This document shows positions 19,366 to 29,500 of a stretch of 58,346 nt of DNA, in pieces. Origin of the DNA: an uncultured bacterium. GTDB lineage: Bacteria; Muiribacteriota; Ozemobacteria; Ozemobacterales; Ozemobacteraceae. The position numbers were made by a program, and so were the translations under genes. Under the pieces are notes generated by a model that saw only the letters and a program-made list of their open reading frames with translations, made no database searches and was not told where the DNA came from. The stretch spans positions 1-58,346 of the forward strand of contig CAZQUE010000020.1 in assembly GCA_964596185.1 (NCBI GenBank), in the 5' to 3' direction. The number at the start of each line of letters is the position of its first letter. The stretch's first letter is position 1.

Positions 19366-20082
19366 TCAGGGGGCGGTGATGCCGATTTTTTGCAGAATCT
19401 CGCTGAAGTTTCCGGGAACCGGAGCCTTGATTTCGATGGCTTTGCCGCTGAAAGGGTGGGTGAAGTCCAGTTGCAGTGCGTGTAGCATCAGTCGCTGCAG
19501 CCCGAAATGTTCTTTGAACATGCGGTTGTGTGCGCCGTCGCCATGCTTCGGATCGCCAATGATCGGGTGAAAAATGCTTTTAAGATGGCGGCGTATCTGT
19601 CGTTGCCGGCCGGTGTGGGGCAGCACTTCAATAAGGCTGTAGCGTGCAGAGGGGTGGGGCGGCATGGGAATGTTCAGCTCAATCTTTTCCAGCAGGCGAT
19701 ATTCGGTGATCGCTTCCTGAGCCGGTTTATCCCTGGCCGCATCTGAATCGGTCATTTTGTCCCAGAGTTCTTTGAGGGGCTTATCGATGATGCCGTTGTC
19801 ATTGGTGTAGCCGCGAACCAGGGCCAGGTAACGCTTTTTCACGGTTCTTAGAGAAAATTGCCCCGCCAGAGCAGCGGCAGCTTCACTGCTCAAGCCGAAG
19901 ATGAGAATTCCCGAAGTTGGGCGATCGAGTCGGTGAATGGGATAAACCCATCGACCAATCTGGTCGCGCAAAAGCTTCATTGCGCAGGTTTTTTCGCTTT
20001 TGTCGATCTGGCTCGGATGGACGAGCAGACCTTCAGGTTTGTTTATTGCGACGAAGAATTCATCGAAAAATATTATCGGCAG
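19366..20082 (-). CDS. RluA-family pseudouridine synthase (TruC/RluA-like); start codon uncertain
   Basis: Catalytic HRLDRPTSG motif. A conserved N-terminal block VAINKPEGLLVHPS lies upstream of the first ATG (19980) with no in-frame ATG/GTG/TTG before the stop at 20113-20115. The 5' limit is therefore approximate (CTG at 20082, or an ATA/ATT codon). Confidence 0.65.
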   Translation of the reverse strand: MPIIFFDEFFVAINKPEGLLVHPSQIDKSEKTCAMKLLRDQIGRWVYPIHRLDRPTSGILIFGLSSEAAAALAGQFSLRTVKKRYLALVRGYTNDNGIIDKPLKELWDKMTDSDAARDKPAQEAITEYRLLEKIELNIPMPPHPSARYSLIEVLPHTGRQRQIRRHLKSIFHPIIGDPKHGDGAHNRMFKEHFGLQRLMLHALQLDFTHPFSGKAIEIKAPVPGNFSEILQKIGITAP

Positions 20083-20346
20083 CTGTTTCAGAGGTCTTTC
20101 TCCAGATTTAGGAATTATGCCCTTAGCCGGTCAATTTTACCATTTCTTCGCAGTTTTGCCTTGTTTATGCTGAAATTTTCATGCAAACAGTGAATTGTCG
20201 TGATTTGCCATCGACCGGTTCGGCGAATGCCGCATGAATTAAGAGCGAAAACTTGGGCTCTGTTGTGATAAAGTAAGTAGTCATTTGGATGGTTTAGAAA
20301 AAAAGAAACAATGAATGTGGCATTATGCTATTATATCAACACTTAA

Positions 20347-20886
20347 GTGGAGGAAAAAAATATGCGAATGAAAACTTCGATTTTTACGGTTGGAATTCTT
20401 GCTTCAATGTTGGTTGTTGGCTGCGGCGGATCTGAAAAGGCTCCGGCTGGAGAAACCGCACCGGCCAAGGTAGAATCCAAATCAGGCAATACCAATATGA
20501 AAGTCGGGCCAATCAAGATCAATACTTCTGAAAAGGGCAGTACTGTTACAATGCCGGGAATCAACGTCAGTACCGATGAAAATGGAAACTCAAAGGTGGT
20601 CATGCCCGGGGTTACCGTTGACGGAAACGAAGATGGAACGGCCAAAGTCAATGTGGATGGCCTTGAAGTCGATATCAAGACCGAGGGTGAAAACTCTGAA
20701 GTTGAGGTCGGCGGGATGAAAATCAAAACTGAAGGCGAAGATGCAGACATTGACATGGAAGGTATCAAAATCAAAACCGAGGGCGAAGATGCAGACATCA
20801 ACGTCGGAGGAATAAAGATCGAAAAGAACGGCGGCAAAAGTAAAATTCAGCTGCCGGGCGGATTGAATATTGAAACCGGGGACTGA
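20347..20886 (+). CDS. lipoprotein with tandem Gly/acidic repeats (hypothetical)
   Basis: GGAGG RBS. Lipobox LVVGC. Repeated GIKIKTEGEDADI units. Confidence 0.55.
   Translation: MEEKNMRMKTSIFTVGILASMLVVGCGGSEKAPAGETAPAKVESKSGNTNMKVGPIKINTSEKGSTVTMPGINVSTDENGNSKVVMPGVTVDGNEDGTAKVNVDGLEVDIKTEGENSEVEVGGMKIKTEGEDADIDMEGIKIKTEGEDADINVGGIKIEKNGGKSKIQLPGGLNIETGD
20700..20830 (+). repeat. intragenic ~48-bp tandem repeat (2 near-identical copies plus degenerate flanking copies)
   Basis: ATGAAAATCAAAACTGAAGGCGAAGATGCAGACATTGAC... is repeated as ATCAAAATCAAAACCGAGGGCGAAGATGCAGACATCAAC... Confidence 0.4.
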
Positions 20887-20891
20887 TAAAT

Positions 20892-22127
20892 ATCGGTTAT
20901 GATCTTATAATAATCGGTGCCGGCGCGTCCGGTGCCATGGCCGCAATAACAGCCGCGCGTCAGGGTGCGGCTGTTGTTTTGCTCGAGAAAAATTCCGAAA
21001 TTGCCCGGAAGGTTCTGGCCAGCGGCGGCGGTCGCTGCAATCTTACCAACACGCTCGAGGTGGACCAGTTCATCAAAGGTTTCGGCAGAAACGGGCGGTT
21101 CATGATTCCGGCTATGCAGGCGATGGACTCAAACAAATTGCGGCAATTTTTTGAAACAATTGGGGTAGCCACCCAGGCGCTTGATGGATTCAGGGTTTTT
21201 CCGGTTGGTCATCGCGCAGACACGGTTAAGAACGCTCTTTTAAAAGAGCTTGAGAAAAATAAAATAAAAGTTTTAAACGGGTCTCGTGTGCAAAAATTGC
21301 TTTTTGACGAGCGTGGCATCAGGGGGGTAGCAACCCAAAAAGCTGAAATTCAGGGTGAAAGGGTGGTAATTGCCACCGGCAGCAAGTCTTATTCAGCCCT
21401 TGGCGGCAGCGAAGATGGCTACCGGCTGGCTGCCCAGGCCGGGCATAAAATAGTTCCTTTGTTTCCGGCAATGGTGCCGCTTATCTGCCGCGAAGCCTGG
21501 GTGGCAAGTTGTCGCGCAGATACCATCGGAAAGGCAGAAATAAGGGTAAATCTGCCTGAAGCCAGGAAATTAGGGGCCACAGGTGACCTGATTTTTACGA
21601 ATGATGGAATTCGCGGCCCGGTAGTGCTTGATTTTGCCAGAGAAATCACTCCGCTGCTTGAAAAATATGGCGAAGTGCCTCTGTTGCTTAATTTAACCGG
21701 CGGATTAAATGAAGAACAGATCAGAGAAAAAATCAAAAAAAGAACCGGGCAGTTTCCTGAAGAATCTGTGGTCGAAACCCTTTCTGTTTTAATGCCCCGA
21801 CCACTGGCTAAAGAAATTTGTCTGCAATCTTCTGCGAATCCAGATTCCAGGTATCGGCAACTCGAAGGCTGCATTCGTGAAAAACTGGTTAAAATGCTTG
21901 CGGCAACTCCGTTAACCGTTGTTGGGCACGGCGGTTTTGAGCAGGCGATGGTTACCCGCGGCGGGGTTTCTTTAAAAGAGGTCGATCCGCACACTCTTGC
22001 AAGCAAACTGATCAAAGGACTGTTTTTCTGCGGGGAAGTTCTCGACCTTGATGGGCCATGTGGTGGTTTTAACCTGCAATGGGCTTTTTCAAGCGGTTAT
22101 CTCGCCGCAATTTCGGCCTTGAAGTAG
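20892..22127 (+). CDS. HI0933/BaiN-like NAD(FAD)-utilizing flavoprotein; start codon uncertain
   Basis: The Rossmann motif DLIIIGAGASGAMAA sits upstream of the first canonical ATG (20937). The in-frame region back to the stop at 20871-73 has only ATC/ATA/CTG candidates. The C-terminal GGFNLQWAFSSGYLAG block is typical of the HI0933 family. Confidence 0.6.
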   Translation: MGYDLIIIGAGASGAMAAITAARQGAAVVLLEKNSEIARKVLASGGGRCNLTNTLEVDQFIKGFGRNGRFMIPAMQAMDSNKLRQFFETIGVATQALDGFRVFPVGHRADTVKNALLKELEKNKIKVLNGSRVQKLLFDERGIRGVATQKAEIQGERVVIATGSKSYSALGGSEDGYRLAAQAGHKIVPLFPAMVPLICREAWVASCRADTIGKAEIRVNLPEARKLGATGDLIFTNDGIRGPVVLDFAREITPLLEKYGEVPLLLNLTGGLNEEQIREKIKKRTGQFPEESVVETLSVLMPRPLAKEICLQSSANPDSRYRQLEGCIREKLVKMLAATPLTVVGHGGFEQAMVTRGGVSLKEVDPHTLASKLIKGLFFCGEVLDLDGPCGGFNLQWAFSSGYLAAISALK

Positions 22128-22170
22128 CTAATTGCCTGCTTTGGCGAGAGAAACCTGTTATTTTGGGCCG

Positions 22171-22908
22171 TTATCTGTTTTTCAGCTCGTTCCAGGCCTC
22201 GAAGGTTTCTGGAGCCAGAACCCAGGTGGTTGGACGCTGGGCAGCGATATAGCCTGCCGGCAATTCAAGGTTGCCATGCAGCAATGCTTCAGTCAGGGCT
22301 CTGGTTTTATCGGTTCCGGAAACGAGAAAAATCACCTGGCCTGCACCGAGAATGCGTTCAAGGGTCAGGCTTACCCGCTGTTCAGGTTGTCCCTTCGGGC
22401 TGAACGTGCGATAACCGGTGCGGCTATGACTGTTTTGCCAGTCAACGTCGGGAAAAAGGCTGGCGGTGTGCCCATCGCTGCCCATGCCAAGAATCAGCAT
22501 GTCGATAGGCCGTGGTGGCATAAGGGCCGCCGGCAATCCTGGCAGAACGGCATTGAAGGTGTTTTCGAAGTCGTGATTGCCCGGTCTGATCATACTGAAC
22601 TGTTTCAGGGGCAGGCCGCTTTGATTGAATAGATTGTTTAAAATGGCTCTTTGATTGCTGCGAGGCGAATTGTGGGCAACATTACGCTCATCTACCTGAA
22701 TGAAATAAAAATGTTCTGCAAGAACTGCCCCATGCAAGCGTTCGCCCAATTGGCGGTAAACTGGCAGAGGAGTATTGCCACCGGAAAGCCCTATTGTCGT
22801 AGGGTTGCCGGCGTTTGCCTGAAGTCCGGTCATGATAACAGCAGTGGCGGTCGAGACAAAATCAACATGTGAGAGGACTATTTCAGCCTTATCAATTTGC
22901 ATCAGCAA
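22171..22908 (-). CDS. pgl: 6-phosphogluconolactonase
   Basis: NagB/Pgl fold motifs (IGLSGGNTP, DERNV). Overlaps the zwf stop by 8 bp. Confidence 0.7.
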   Translation of the reverse strand: MLMQIDKAEIVLSHVDFVSTATAVIMTGLQANAGNPTTIGLSGGNTPLPVYRQLGERLHGAVLAEHFYFIQVDERNVAHNSPRSNQRAILNNLFNQSGLPLKQFSMIRPGNHDFENTFNAVLPGLPAALMPPRPIDMLILGMGSDGHTASLFPDVDWQNSHSRTGYRTFSPKGQPEQRVSLTLERILGAGQVIFLVSGTDKTRALTEALLHGNLELPAGYIAAQRPTTWVLAPETFEAWNELKNR

Positions 22909-24392
22909 CCTCCTATTATTGACGGATGCCAGTGATGGCCGTGTTTTGCCAGCAACTGGCAGGCTTCGGCCGGGCCACTTGAGCCGGCGGCATAACTGCA
23001 GATTGGCTGGGCATTGTCGGCTTGCCAGGCCGAAATGATGGGATCTATGAATTTCCAGGACTCTTCAATTTCAGAATTGCTCAAGAACAACGAAGAATCC
23101 GCCTTCAGGGCATCGAGAAGCAGGCGTTCGTAAGCATCGGGACGGTATGAGCCGAATTCTTCCTGATAAGAAAAATTCAGACCGACGTCGCTTACTTTCA
23201 TGTGCATGCCTGGCGGCTTGGAATTCAGGCGCATGGTAATGCCTTCATCGGGTTGAATGCGGATGAATAGTCGATTTGGCATAATGTTCTGGGCGAGGTC
23301 TCTGAAGATCGAGTGAGGTAGAGCCTTGAAACTGATGCAAATTTCAGTCAGGCTGTGTTCAAGCCTTTTTCCGGCCCGCAGGTAAAAGGGAACCCCGCTC
23401 CAGCGCCAGTTGTCGATAAAAAGGCGGCAAGCGGCGTAGGTTTCGGTTTTTGAATTGCCGGGAACATTTGCTTCTTCAAGATAGCCGACCATTTTGCCAT
23501 CGGCGGAAGCAGTATAACGGGCACGAACGGTCTCTTTGGCCACCTCTTCAGAATTGTAACGGCGAATGCCTTTCAAAACCTGGTTTTTTTCAAGATGCAG
23601 GTCTCTGGGTCGGTTGCTCAGCGGCGGTTCCATGGCTACCATGCATAATACCTGCAGCAGATGATTTTGCACCACGTCGCGAAGAATGCCGGTCTGGTCA
23701 AAATAGCCGGCACGACTATTTATGCCAATGTCTTCAGAAAAAGAAATCTGAACATTGTCGATGAAGTGGTTGTTCCAGACCGGTTCGAAGAAAATGTTGG
23801 CAAAACGCATGAATAAAAGGTTTTGCACAGCTTCTTTGCCAAGATAATGATCGATACGCAAAATCTGTTCTTCGCTGAAAGCAGAAAGCAGCTGATTGTT
23901 CAAGGCAACTGAACTGGCCAGATCATGGCCGAAAGGCTTCTCGACGAGCACACGGGCTGGACATCCGGTGGCCGCGTTTTTGTCGGAAAAGGGCTTGATT
24001 AGCTCGATAAAGCTTTGCATGCTGTCGGGCGGCACCGCCAGATAAAAAAGACGCGCGGGAGCAGCTTCCGTCTCAATGCTTGAAAGCCTTTTAAAAAAGT
24101 TTTCAGCTTCGTTTTCAGCCTCAGGGTCGGCCTGAACATAGATGATACGATCCCGAAGCGAGTTGAAACCGTTTCTGAAAGCTTCATCCTTTTGCAATGC
24201 TTTTTCTGAGCGAGCCATGAATTTTTCAACAAATTCACTGCTACCGAGCTTTGAGCGACCGGTGACATAAATATGAAAGCTCTTTATCAACTGTCCGGCC
24301 GACTCAAGGCGGCAAAGAGCCGGAATGAGCTTGCGCGTCGAGAGATCGCCGGTGCCGCCGAAGATGACAATTGATGAAGCACAGAAAAACAT
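22902..24392 (-). CDS. zwf: glucose-6-phosphate 1-dehydrogenase
   Basis: IFGGTGDL NADP-binding motif. RIDHYLGKE active-site signature. 496 aa. Confidence 0.85.
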   Translation of the reverse strand: MFFCASSIVIFGGTGDLSTRKLIPALCRLESAGQLIKSFHIYVTGRSKLGSSEFVEKFMARSEKALQKDEAFRNGFNSLRDRIIYVQADPEAENEAENFFKRLSSIETEAAPARLFYLAVPPDSMQSFIELIKPFSDKNAATGCPARVLVEKPFGHDLASSVALNNQLLSAFSEEQILRIDHYLGKEAVQNLLFMRFANIFFEPVWNNHFIDNVQISFSEDIGINSRAGYFDQTGILRDVVQNHLLQVLCMVAMEPPLSNRPRDLHLEKNQVLKGIRRYNSEEVAKETVRARYTASADGKMVGYLEEANVPGNSKTETYAACRLFIDNWRWSGVPFYLRAGKRLEHSLTEICISFKALPHSIFRDLAQNIMPNRLFIRIQPDEGITMRLNSKPPGMHMKVSDVGLNFSYQEEFGSYRPDAYERLLLDALKADSSLFLSNSEIEESWKFIDPIISAWQADNAQPICSYAAGSSGPAEACQLLAKHGHHWHPSIIGGC

Positions 24393-24467
24393 GCTTTATT
24401 CCTTCCTGTTAACCGGCATTTAAAAAATCATTCGAATAAATGTCAGGCCGGGTTTCTCGATCTTGGC

Positions 24468-24653
24468 TCAACGCTTCTGGTCTCTGATAAAAGCTTCAAT
24501 GCTGCGGTCGTAGGTTTTTTCGCCTTCTTTGCTGAAAAAACAGCCGGGAATCTGGTTCATTCTGCGGTGATAGGCGACGCATTCACAGCATTTGTGGCGC
24601 TTTTCGCAGGAATAGGTGCAGGTGCAGGGCAATTTGTTGTCACAGTTGCTCAT
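24468..24653 (-). CDS. cysteine-rich small domain protein (hypothetical)
   Basis: 61 aa with C.C.Y.C..RH.CC.C..YH spacing. Same strand as zwf-pgl and immediately upstream of them. Confidence 0.35.
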   Translation of the reverse strand: MSNCDNKLPCTCTYSCEKRHKCCECVAYHRRMNQIPGCFFSKEGEKTYDRSIEAFIRDQKR

Positions 24654-24864
24654 GATCGACCTCCGGTTATTTTTTTGCCATTGTAACTTTTTTGAAGAAA
24701 ATCTTCAATCGACAGATGCATTGCCTGACAGCAAGATTCTGCCGGGAAAACGATCTGCGAAATGCAAAAGATTAGATTGTTCTGGACAAAGCCGGATGTT
24801 TGAATAACTTACTGTTCCTGTACAGAAGAATTTTGCAGGAAATAGTCTGAAAACGGTAAAATTT

Positions 24865-26514
24865 ATGACGAATATGAAAAAAAGTAAAACAGGATCTTAT
24901 CGAAACATTTTGTTGCTGGTCGCTATCATGAGCGCTGTCGCCCTGATAAGCTTTCTTGAAGCAGCCAACCCTGATCATGTCGCCTATTTTGGCATGGCCC
25001 CATCGGTAGCCAATATCAAGCCTGATCAGCTCGATGTCGCCTGGACAGTTTTTCCCGATTTCAATGAACGCACTCACTATCAGGTGCAGCTTAATCACAG
25101 CCTTTACGGCTCTTCGCAAAAAACAACCGGCACAACGGTGCGGCGGCTCGAACCAGGCGGAACTTACGATGTGGCGATAGTAACCTACCATGATGGCAAG
25201 GTCGCCGGAGTGTCTAGTGCTACTACTGTTCTGATGGGCCCGCCAGCCCCGGTAGACGTTTATATTTATGATGTCGCCTCGGCCGGTTTTAAAGTTATCT
25301 GGCAGCGAATGAAAACTGCAGAAAAATACCGGGTTTACCGTTTTCCCGACATTCTTCTCGCCCAGGTCGATGACCCGGCCAATAAGGCAACGGTTAACGG
25401 CCTCAATCCCGGTGAAAAATTCAGCATTTTTGTCACTTCAGTAAATTCCAGCGGCGAATCCTACAAGTCCGAAAGCAAAACCGTGCAGCTGCTGCCGCCT
25501 CCGCCGGCGCTGACAATTGTCGAGAATGAAATCGGCCCAACCTGGTTCAGTATGAAATGGAACGCGGTAGAAAATGCCACTGGCTACTCCATCTACATCA
25601 ATGAAGCAGAAGTCGCTCAGGTTGGCTCCGGAACCCTGAGTTACCGGGCGGATAATCTGCCGGTCGGCACTGCCGTGAGTGTTAAGATGAAGGCTGAAAA
25701 CTCTGCCGGAGCTTCAGAGGTTTCCGAAGCGATAATCGTGCAACTGCTGCCGGCAACACCGATTCTTGCCGTTTCCGACGTTTCTTCATTTTCCTGTACT
25801 CTGCAATGGTCTGTCGCTAACGGCGCAACCTACTACAAGGTTTTCGAGAATGACGAGTGGTGCATCTTCAACGTTCCTGCCAGTATTAACCAGGTTGTCG
25901 TTTCTCAGCATGTCACCGCAGGAATGATAGCCACCTATACCGTAAAGGCTGGAAATGGCACCGGCGAATCCGAGCCCTCGCTGCCGGTAATGGTCACCTT
26001 TACCAGCTCGCCGTCCCAGCCCCTTGAGCCTCTTGCCGAAAATTTGTTGCCTAACCTGTTGCAACAAAGCAATGAGCGCCTGAGCACAAATTTGCGCGGC
26101 AAACCGCTGGTTTCGGTCTACTTTCCCGCCGAGCTAGACGGTCCTGAGCTGGCCCTGGAGGCAACCTGGCTGGATAGGCTGGCCTCTGAAGAACGTTTGC
26201 GCAGAGTGAAATTCTTTGGCGTTTTTACCCATGACCGGCCACGCATCAAGACTGCGCGACGCGAGAATATCAACTGGAAAATAGCACGATCTGACTCGTC
26301 CCGCTGGTTTTTGCCGGGAAACTTGCCGCTCGTGCGCTTCTACGACAGCGATGGCTGGTTGCGCAAAGTTGCCCGGGTGTCAATGCTTATTCTTACTCCT
26401 GAAGACGTTTTTAAAGAACTGCCCGAAGCTTTCGAGCAGGACGCCGAACTCATCGAACTTTACCGCGAAGAAAAAGAGAACTTCGAAACCCTCCATCATG
26501 ACACTTCGCCCTGA
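24865..26514 (+). CDS. secreted protein with multiple fibronectin-type-III-like domains and an uncharacterised C-terminal domain
   Basis: Signal peptide. Four or more ~90-aa beta-sandwich-like repeats separated by PPAP / PPPPALT / LLPATP linkers. Confidence 0.5.
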   Translation: MTNMKKSKTGSYRNILLLVAIMSAVALISFLEAANPDHVAYFGMAPSVANIKPDQLDVAWTVFPDFNERTHYQVQLNHSLYGSSQKTTGTTVRRLEPGGTYDVAIVTYHDGKVAGVSSATTVLMGPPAPVDVYIYDVASAGFKVIWQRMKTAEKYRVYRFPDILLAQVDDPANKATVNGLNPGEKFSIFVTSVNSSGESYKSESKTVQLLPPPPALTIVENEIGPTWFSMKWNAVENATGYSIYINEAEVAQVGSGTLSYRADNLPVGTAVSVKMKAENSAGASEVSEAIIVQLLPATPILAVSDVSSFSCTLQWSVANGATYYKVFENDEWCIFNVPASINQVVVSQHVTAGMIATYTVKAGNGTGESEPSLPVMVTFTSSPSQPLEPLAENLLPNLLQQSNERLSTNLRGKPLVSVYFPAELDGPELALEATWLDRLASEERLRRVKFFGVFTHDRPRIKTARRENINWKIARSDSSRWFLPGNLPLVRFYDSDGWLRKVARVSMLILTPEDVFKELPEAFEQDAELIELYREEKENFETLHHDTSP

Positions 26515-26531
26515 CCAGGCGAAAAAAAAAG

Positions 26532-26567
26532 GCTCTGCCGGCCTGGTTGCCGGCAGAGCTTTTTTTT
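26532..26567. terminator. bidirectional rho-independent terminator (GCTCTGCCGGC-CTGGTT-GCCGGCAGAGC) flanked by A9 and T8
   Basis: Perfect 11-bp stem between the convergent genes 24865..26514 (+) and 26576..32578 (-). Confidence 0.65.
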
Positions 26568-26575
26568 CGCTCAGA

Positions 26576-29500
26576 TTATTCCGTCACTTTGATGACGAAA
26601 CTTTCTGAATGACTGTTGAATTCGGGAGCATACATGCATTGAATTTCCGCCATTCCGGACTGATAAACGCCCTGATGCTGCACCCGCAGGTCGTATTCGA
26701 ATACATAGGTGCCTTTGGGCAGGTAGTCGATGTAGAAATGGGTCGCAGTATCCTTGGTCGCTTCGTAATAAGCCAGGCCATCCTGGTATTTATAGCGCGA
26801 AATGACGTTGGTCGGTTCCATGCCGCTGCCGCGCTGGTCTTTCATATGCACGAATTCCATATCCCGATCGGTTCGCAGTTCGATACGCACAACGAGAAGG
26901 TCGCCGACCTGCAGACGGTCTTTGACCGGGGTAATCGTCGGACCTTTGTCGGTATCCTTTTTCACGAACAGCGTCTTTTTCAGCTTGAGATTTGTTTCGT
27001 GCGGAGTTACCTTGCTCATGTCTTCGAGATACTGCCAGTGAACCGCGCCCCAGGCGATGCCTGCGTCTTTTTTGACGAGCTGGATATCGCCCATTTCAGA
27101 TTTAACTTCAGAGCCGGCATAGATCTTCTGATAATAACCGGTACCGGCCTCGACTTTTTCAGGTTCAACCATTTCGCCGCCAAGATAAACTTCGACCAGT
27201 TTGTCTGAAGCGAGCAGGTCAGCACCTCTGAGCAGCAGAGCGTAAACGGCATCGGCAGTGGCTTTGGTTGTTTTCCAGTTCTGGGTCTGCTTTTGTTTCA
27301 GCATCCAGATTTTACAGTTCTCGACAGTGTCGGCATCATTGGCGACTTCATCGAAAAGCTCGATCATGACAGCCTGAGTTTCGATTTCAGCGCGATACCA
27401 CCAGAACGAGATTTCATTTTCGCGCCAGAAAGTTCCCAGTTCTTCATCGGTAACGCTGCGTTCACGAATGCTGTTAACTATATCGGTTGGAACCTTTTTG
27501 TCGCCGAAACGTTTGAGGGCAAGGGCCAGGTGTCCCTGAGCCAGTCTCGAGCCGACCCGGAGCCATTTTTCTCTGGCTTCATCGAGGAAGAACTCGACGG
27601 CGGTTCGACTGCTTGCCGGAATCGGTCGTTCTTTCAGGAAGAAACTTCGGCCATAAAGGTAAAGAGCGTAGGTCGGGTTGATATTGCAGTGCTTCTGATA
27701 GCCCGGGTGGCGAATGATTTCGCGATAGCATTCGTCAATCCAGTTGTCCAGGTAATTCAGCGATTTCAGTGCCATGTCGACGTTGACATCTACGCCAAGG
27801 TGGCGCATGCGTCCGAACCCGGTCATGATGTACAGGGTGATGAACGAATTCGGGCGTCCACCGGGGAACCATGGGAAGCCGCCGTCAGACTGCTGATAGA
27901 CCGAGAGTTTTTTCATGCCCCGGGTCATTTCGCTTTCAATGCGGTTGGTGTCAAAAAGAACGCCGATCTTGTGTTTTTGCTCGGTTTCATTCTTGGCATC
28001 GAGTACCCATGGTGTTTCAAGCAGCGCCACCGATTTTAAATGCTCGTTCTTTTCAAGGTTCGAATAAAGAGCTTTGCCTCCCTGGGCTTCATCGGCTTTC
28101 CAGGTGTCGAAAACTTTTTTGATTTTCTTGTCTGAATTGGCGATGAAGGCAGCGATCTGGTTCGCGTAGATACGGTTGAAAATCTGCTCAGAGCATTCAT
28201 GGGGGTATTCCATCAGGTAAGGCAATGCTTGAACTGCATACCAGGCGGGATTTGAAGTGACCTCAACGGTCAGACCCTGATGGGCGAGAGTCTTCGAATT
28301 TTTTGATTCGAGCAGCTTTTTGAAGGTGAATTTTTTCTTTTCATTGCCTTTGATTGGTAACGGCAAAGATTCAGTCACGAAAATGCGGCTCGAAAGGATG
28401 GGTAGCATGCCTTCTTCACCGTCAGAAAGATTGCTTGTCGCACCAACAACGGTATATTTTACCATGCCCGGAGTGTACGGCACATCGAGAAGCCAGCCGA
28501 ATCCCCGTGATTCCCCCGCAGGAACGCTGAATTCAAAAACATTTTCACTCAATTTGAATTCATCGTTGCGATTTTTGTCGCTGATCGGGTCTTGCAGAGT
28601 CAGGCGAATTTTACCTTTCTGCTCGGTTTCAGAAAGGTTGGTAACTTTGGCGGTGAAGCGCAATTTGTCGCCTTCGCGCAGGAAACGCGGCGGGTTGGGC
28701 TGTACCATCAGGTCTTTCTGAGTAATCGTTTCGCCAATCAGGCCACCGGCCTGAGCATTGTTACCGTGGGCAAAACCCAGAAATTTCCAGGTGGTCAATG
28801 CTTCGGGAATAGTGAATTCGATGGTCACTTTGCCTTCTTCGTCATTGAGCAGATGCGGGAAGAAAAAGGCTGTCTCATTGAGATTGCTGCGGGCACTGAC
28901 CTTGTCAAGGTCGGGTTCAGGGGCAGAATCACCAGCGCCCGGACCCTTGTCAGCAGCGCCGCCTGGGGCATCCTTGCCTTCTTTTTTCTTTGCCGAACTT
29001 TTTTCCATGCTCACTTCATCGTCGGCAAAGTTTTCGGCGCTTTGCGCCATCGGGGCTGCGGCCTCAGAGAGCATCATGCCCTCTTCTCTATCCATCGATG
29101 GCGATGGAGGCGGCATCGCTCCGGCACGCATGACCACAGACTTGCTGCGCATGGCAAAATGATAATTCATAAAGTCATTTTGAATGTTCCAGGGAAGTTG
29201 CGGATAGGTGCGCTGACCAACCCCTGAATAGAGGTTCAGATCATTTCGCCAGCAATATAGGCTGGTATTGAAGTTGGTAAAGGTTGGGCTGATCCAGTTT
29301 GCATCGCGATAGAAAAACGGAAAGCCATTGATCCAGTTGTGCCCGGCAAAGGCATCGAGACTGGCGTCATACATGGCGGCGAGCATTTCGATCGCTCCGG
29401 TTTCGGCTTCTTCACCGGTGATTTCGATTTTCCAGGTGTCTTTCTGACCGGGTTGAAGCTTCGAAGTCATGTGGGCAAACTTGAGATTGAGCTTTTTGTT

